Shown: one piece after another, positions 63,636 through 64,000 of the stretch
Layout: every line of letters starts with the position of its first letter
Position numbering within the stretch: the first letter of the stretch is position 1
Made by a program: the position numbers and the translations under genes
Assembly (NCBI GenBank): GCA_012511175.1
Contig: JAAZGO010000027.1
Span: forward strand, 7,974 to 71,973
Direction: 5' to 3'
Source: Fastidiosipila sp.
Lineage (GTDB): Bacteria > Bacillota > Clostridia > Saccharofermentanales > DTU023
Length of the DNA stretch: 64,000 bases
Notes under the pieces: generated by a model
What the model saw: only the letters and a program-made list of their open reading frames with translations
Databases searched by the model: none
Told to the model about the DNA's origin: nothing

Positions 63636-64000
63636 AGGTTGAAACGGAAGGTGATGTAATCACCATCACGAACCCTGTATGATTTGCCCTCGGAGCGTAC
63701 CCATCCTTTTTCACGGGCTGCCGCAAGGGATCCTGCCTCTTTCAACTCATGGAAAGGGACAACTTCAGCACGGATGAAGCCCCGCTCAAAGTCTGAATGG
63801 ACTGTGCCTGCCGCCTTGGGTGCAAGAGAACCTTCTTTGACGGTCCACGCCCGCACTTCTTTTTCATTGCTGGTGAAAAAGGAGATGAGGTCGAGTGTCC
63901 GGTAGGCTTGGTGGATGATCCGGTCCAGGCTGCTTTCCGGCAGCCCCAGCTCCTCCCTGAACAGGATTTGATCTTCCCCGGGCAGTTCTGCCAGATCGGC
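63632..64000 (-). CDS. ychF: Redox-regulated ATPase YchF, C-terminal part (truncated by the window edge)
   Basis: The reverse-strand translation reads '...LDLISFFTSNEKEVRAWTVKEGSLAPKAAGTVHSDFERGFIRAEVV...YRVRDGDYITFRFNL*'. The frame stays open to position 64000. Confidence 0.9.
   Translation of the reverse strand, partial: ADLAELPGEDQILFREELGLPESSLDRIIHQAYRTLDLISFFTSNEKEVRAWTVKEGSLAPKAAGTVHSDFERGFIRAEVVPFHELKEAGSLAAAREKGWVRSEGKSYRVRDGDYITFRFNL

Noticed and set aside
1-64000. A window-wide look for CRISPR arrays, tandem or inverted long repeats, transposases, integrases and phage genes.
   Set aside because: I recognised none by eye. Short repeats such as GATGATGATG and GGAGGAGGA are low-complexity coding or RBS sequence. 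A computational repeat search would be needed to exclude diverged repeats.

Overview
This window is a gene-dense, GC-rich stretch of chromosomal core (GC looks like the high 50s % by eye; I did not compute it). The synteny is Bacillota/Clostridia-type. A plus-strand block runs efp-asp23-amaP-DUF2273-nusB-xseA-xseB-ispA-dxs-nadK-argR-recN-hutH-cyclodeaminase, then a small cytochrome-b5-like operon, rny, an orphan SBP, lspA-rluD, two DUF881 genes, phoH-pgpH-ybeY::era-recO and sdaAB-sdaAA. A minus-strand block follows: nuclease-helicase, DUF62 SAM hydrolase plus a dedicated ECF transporter, tRNA-Leu/tRNA-Glu, murD and feoAB. A second plus-strand block runs uvrA, a clpC-like gene, DUF975, an NfeD-like gene, pgi, a radical-SAM pair, a SASA-like pseudo-esterase, valS, fba, ligA, a membrane protein and a Spo0A_C-like protein. 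It ends with hup (minus), DUF1858, a capD-like gene, polA, coaE and a partial ychF (minus). I call 55 CDS and 2 tRNAs, plus several sigma-A-type promoters and intrinsic terminators read by eye. I found no rRNA, CRISPR array, transposase/integrase, prophage, long repeat or classical defence island. Most of the window is ordinary housekeeping. I cannot point to one unambiguous new system. The candidates I rank highest are: (1) an insulated two-gene operon encoding an exported cytochrome b5-like lipoprotein and a 4-TM protein with di-haem cytochrome-b-like His geometry; (2) an ECF transporter translationally coupled to a DUF62 SAM hydrolase; (3) a cytoplasmic SASA-like protein with all three catalytic-triad positions replaced, sitting between an uncharacterised radical-SAM pair and valS; (4) a Spo0A-effector-domain protein with a decayed receiver, in a genome whose recN locus lacks spoIVB-spo0A; (5) unusual domain fusions: YbeY::Era, a PD-(D/E)XK nuclease fused to an XPD/DinG helicase, and a ClpX-type zinc ribbon on a ClpC-type unfoldase. 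All family assignments rest on motif recognition from the translated ORFs. No database search was run, and start codons I adjusted by eye are flagged in the evidence fields.
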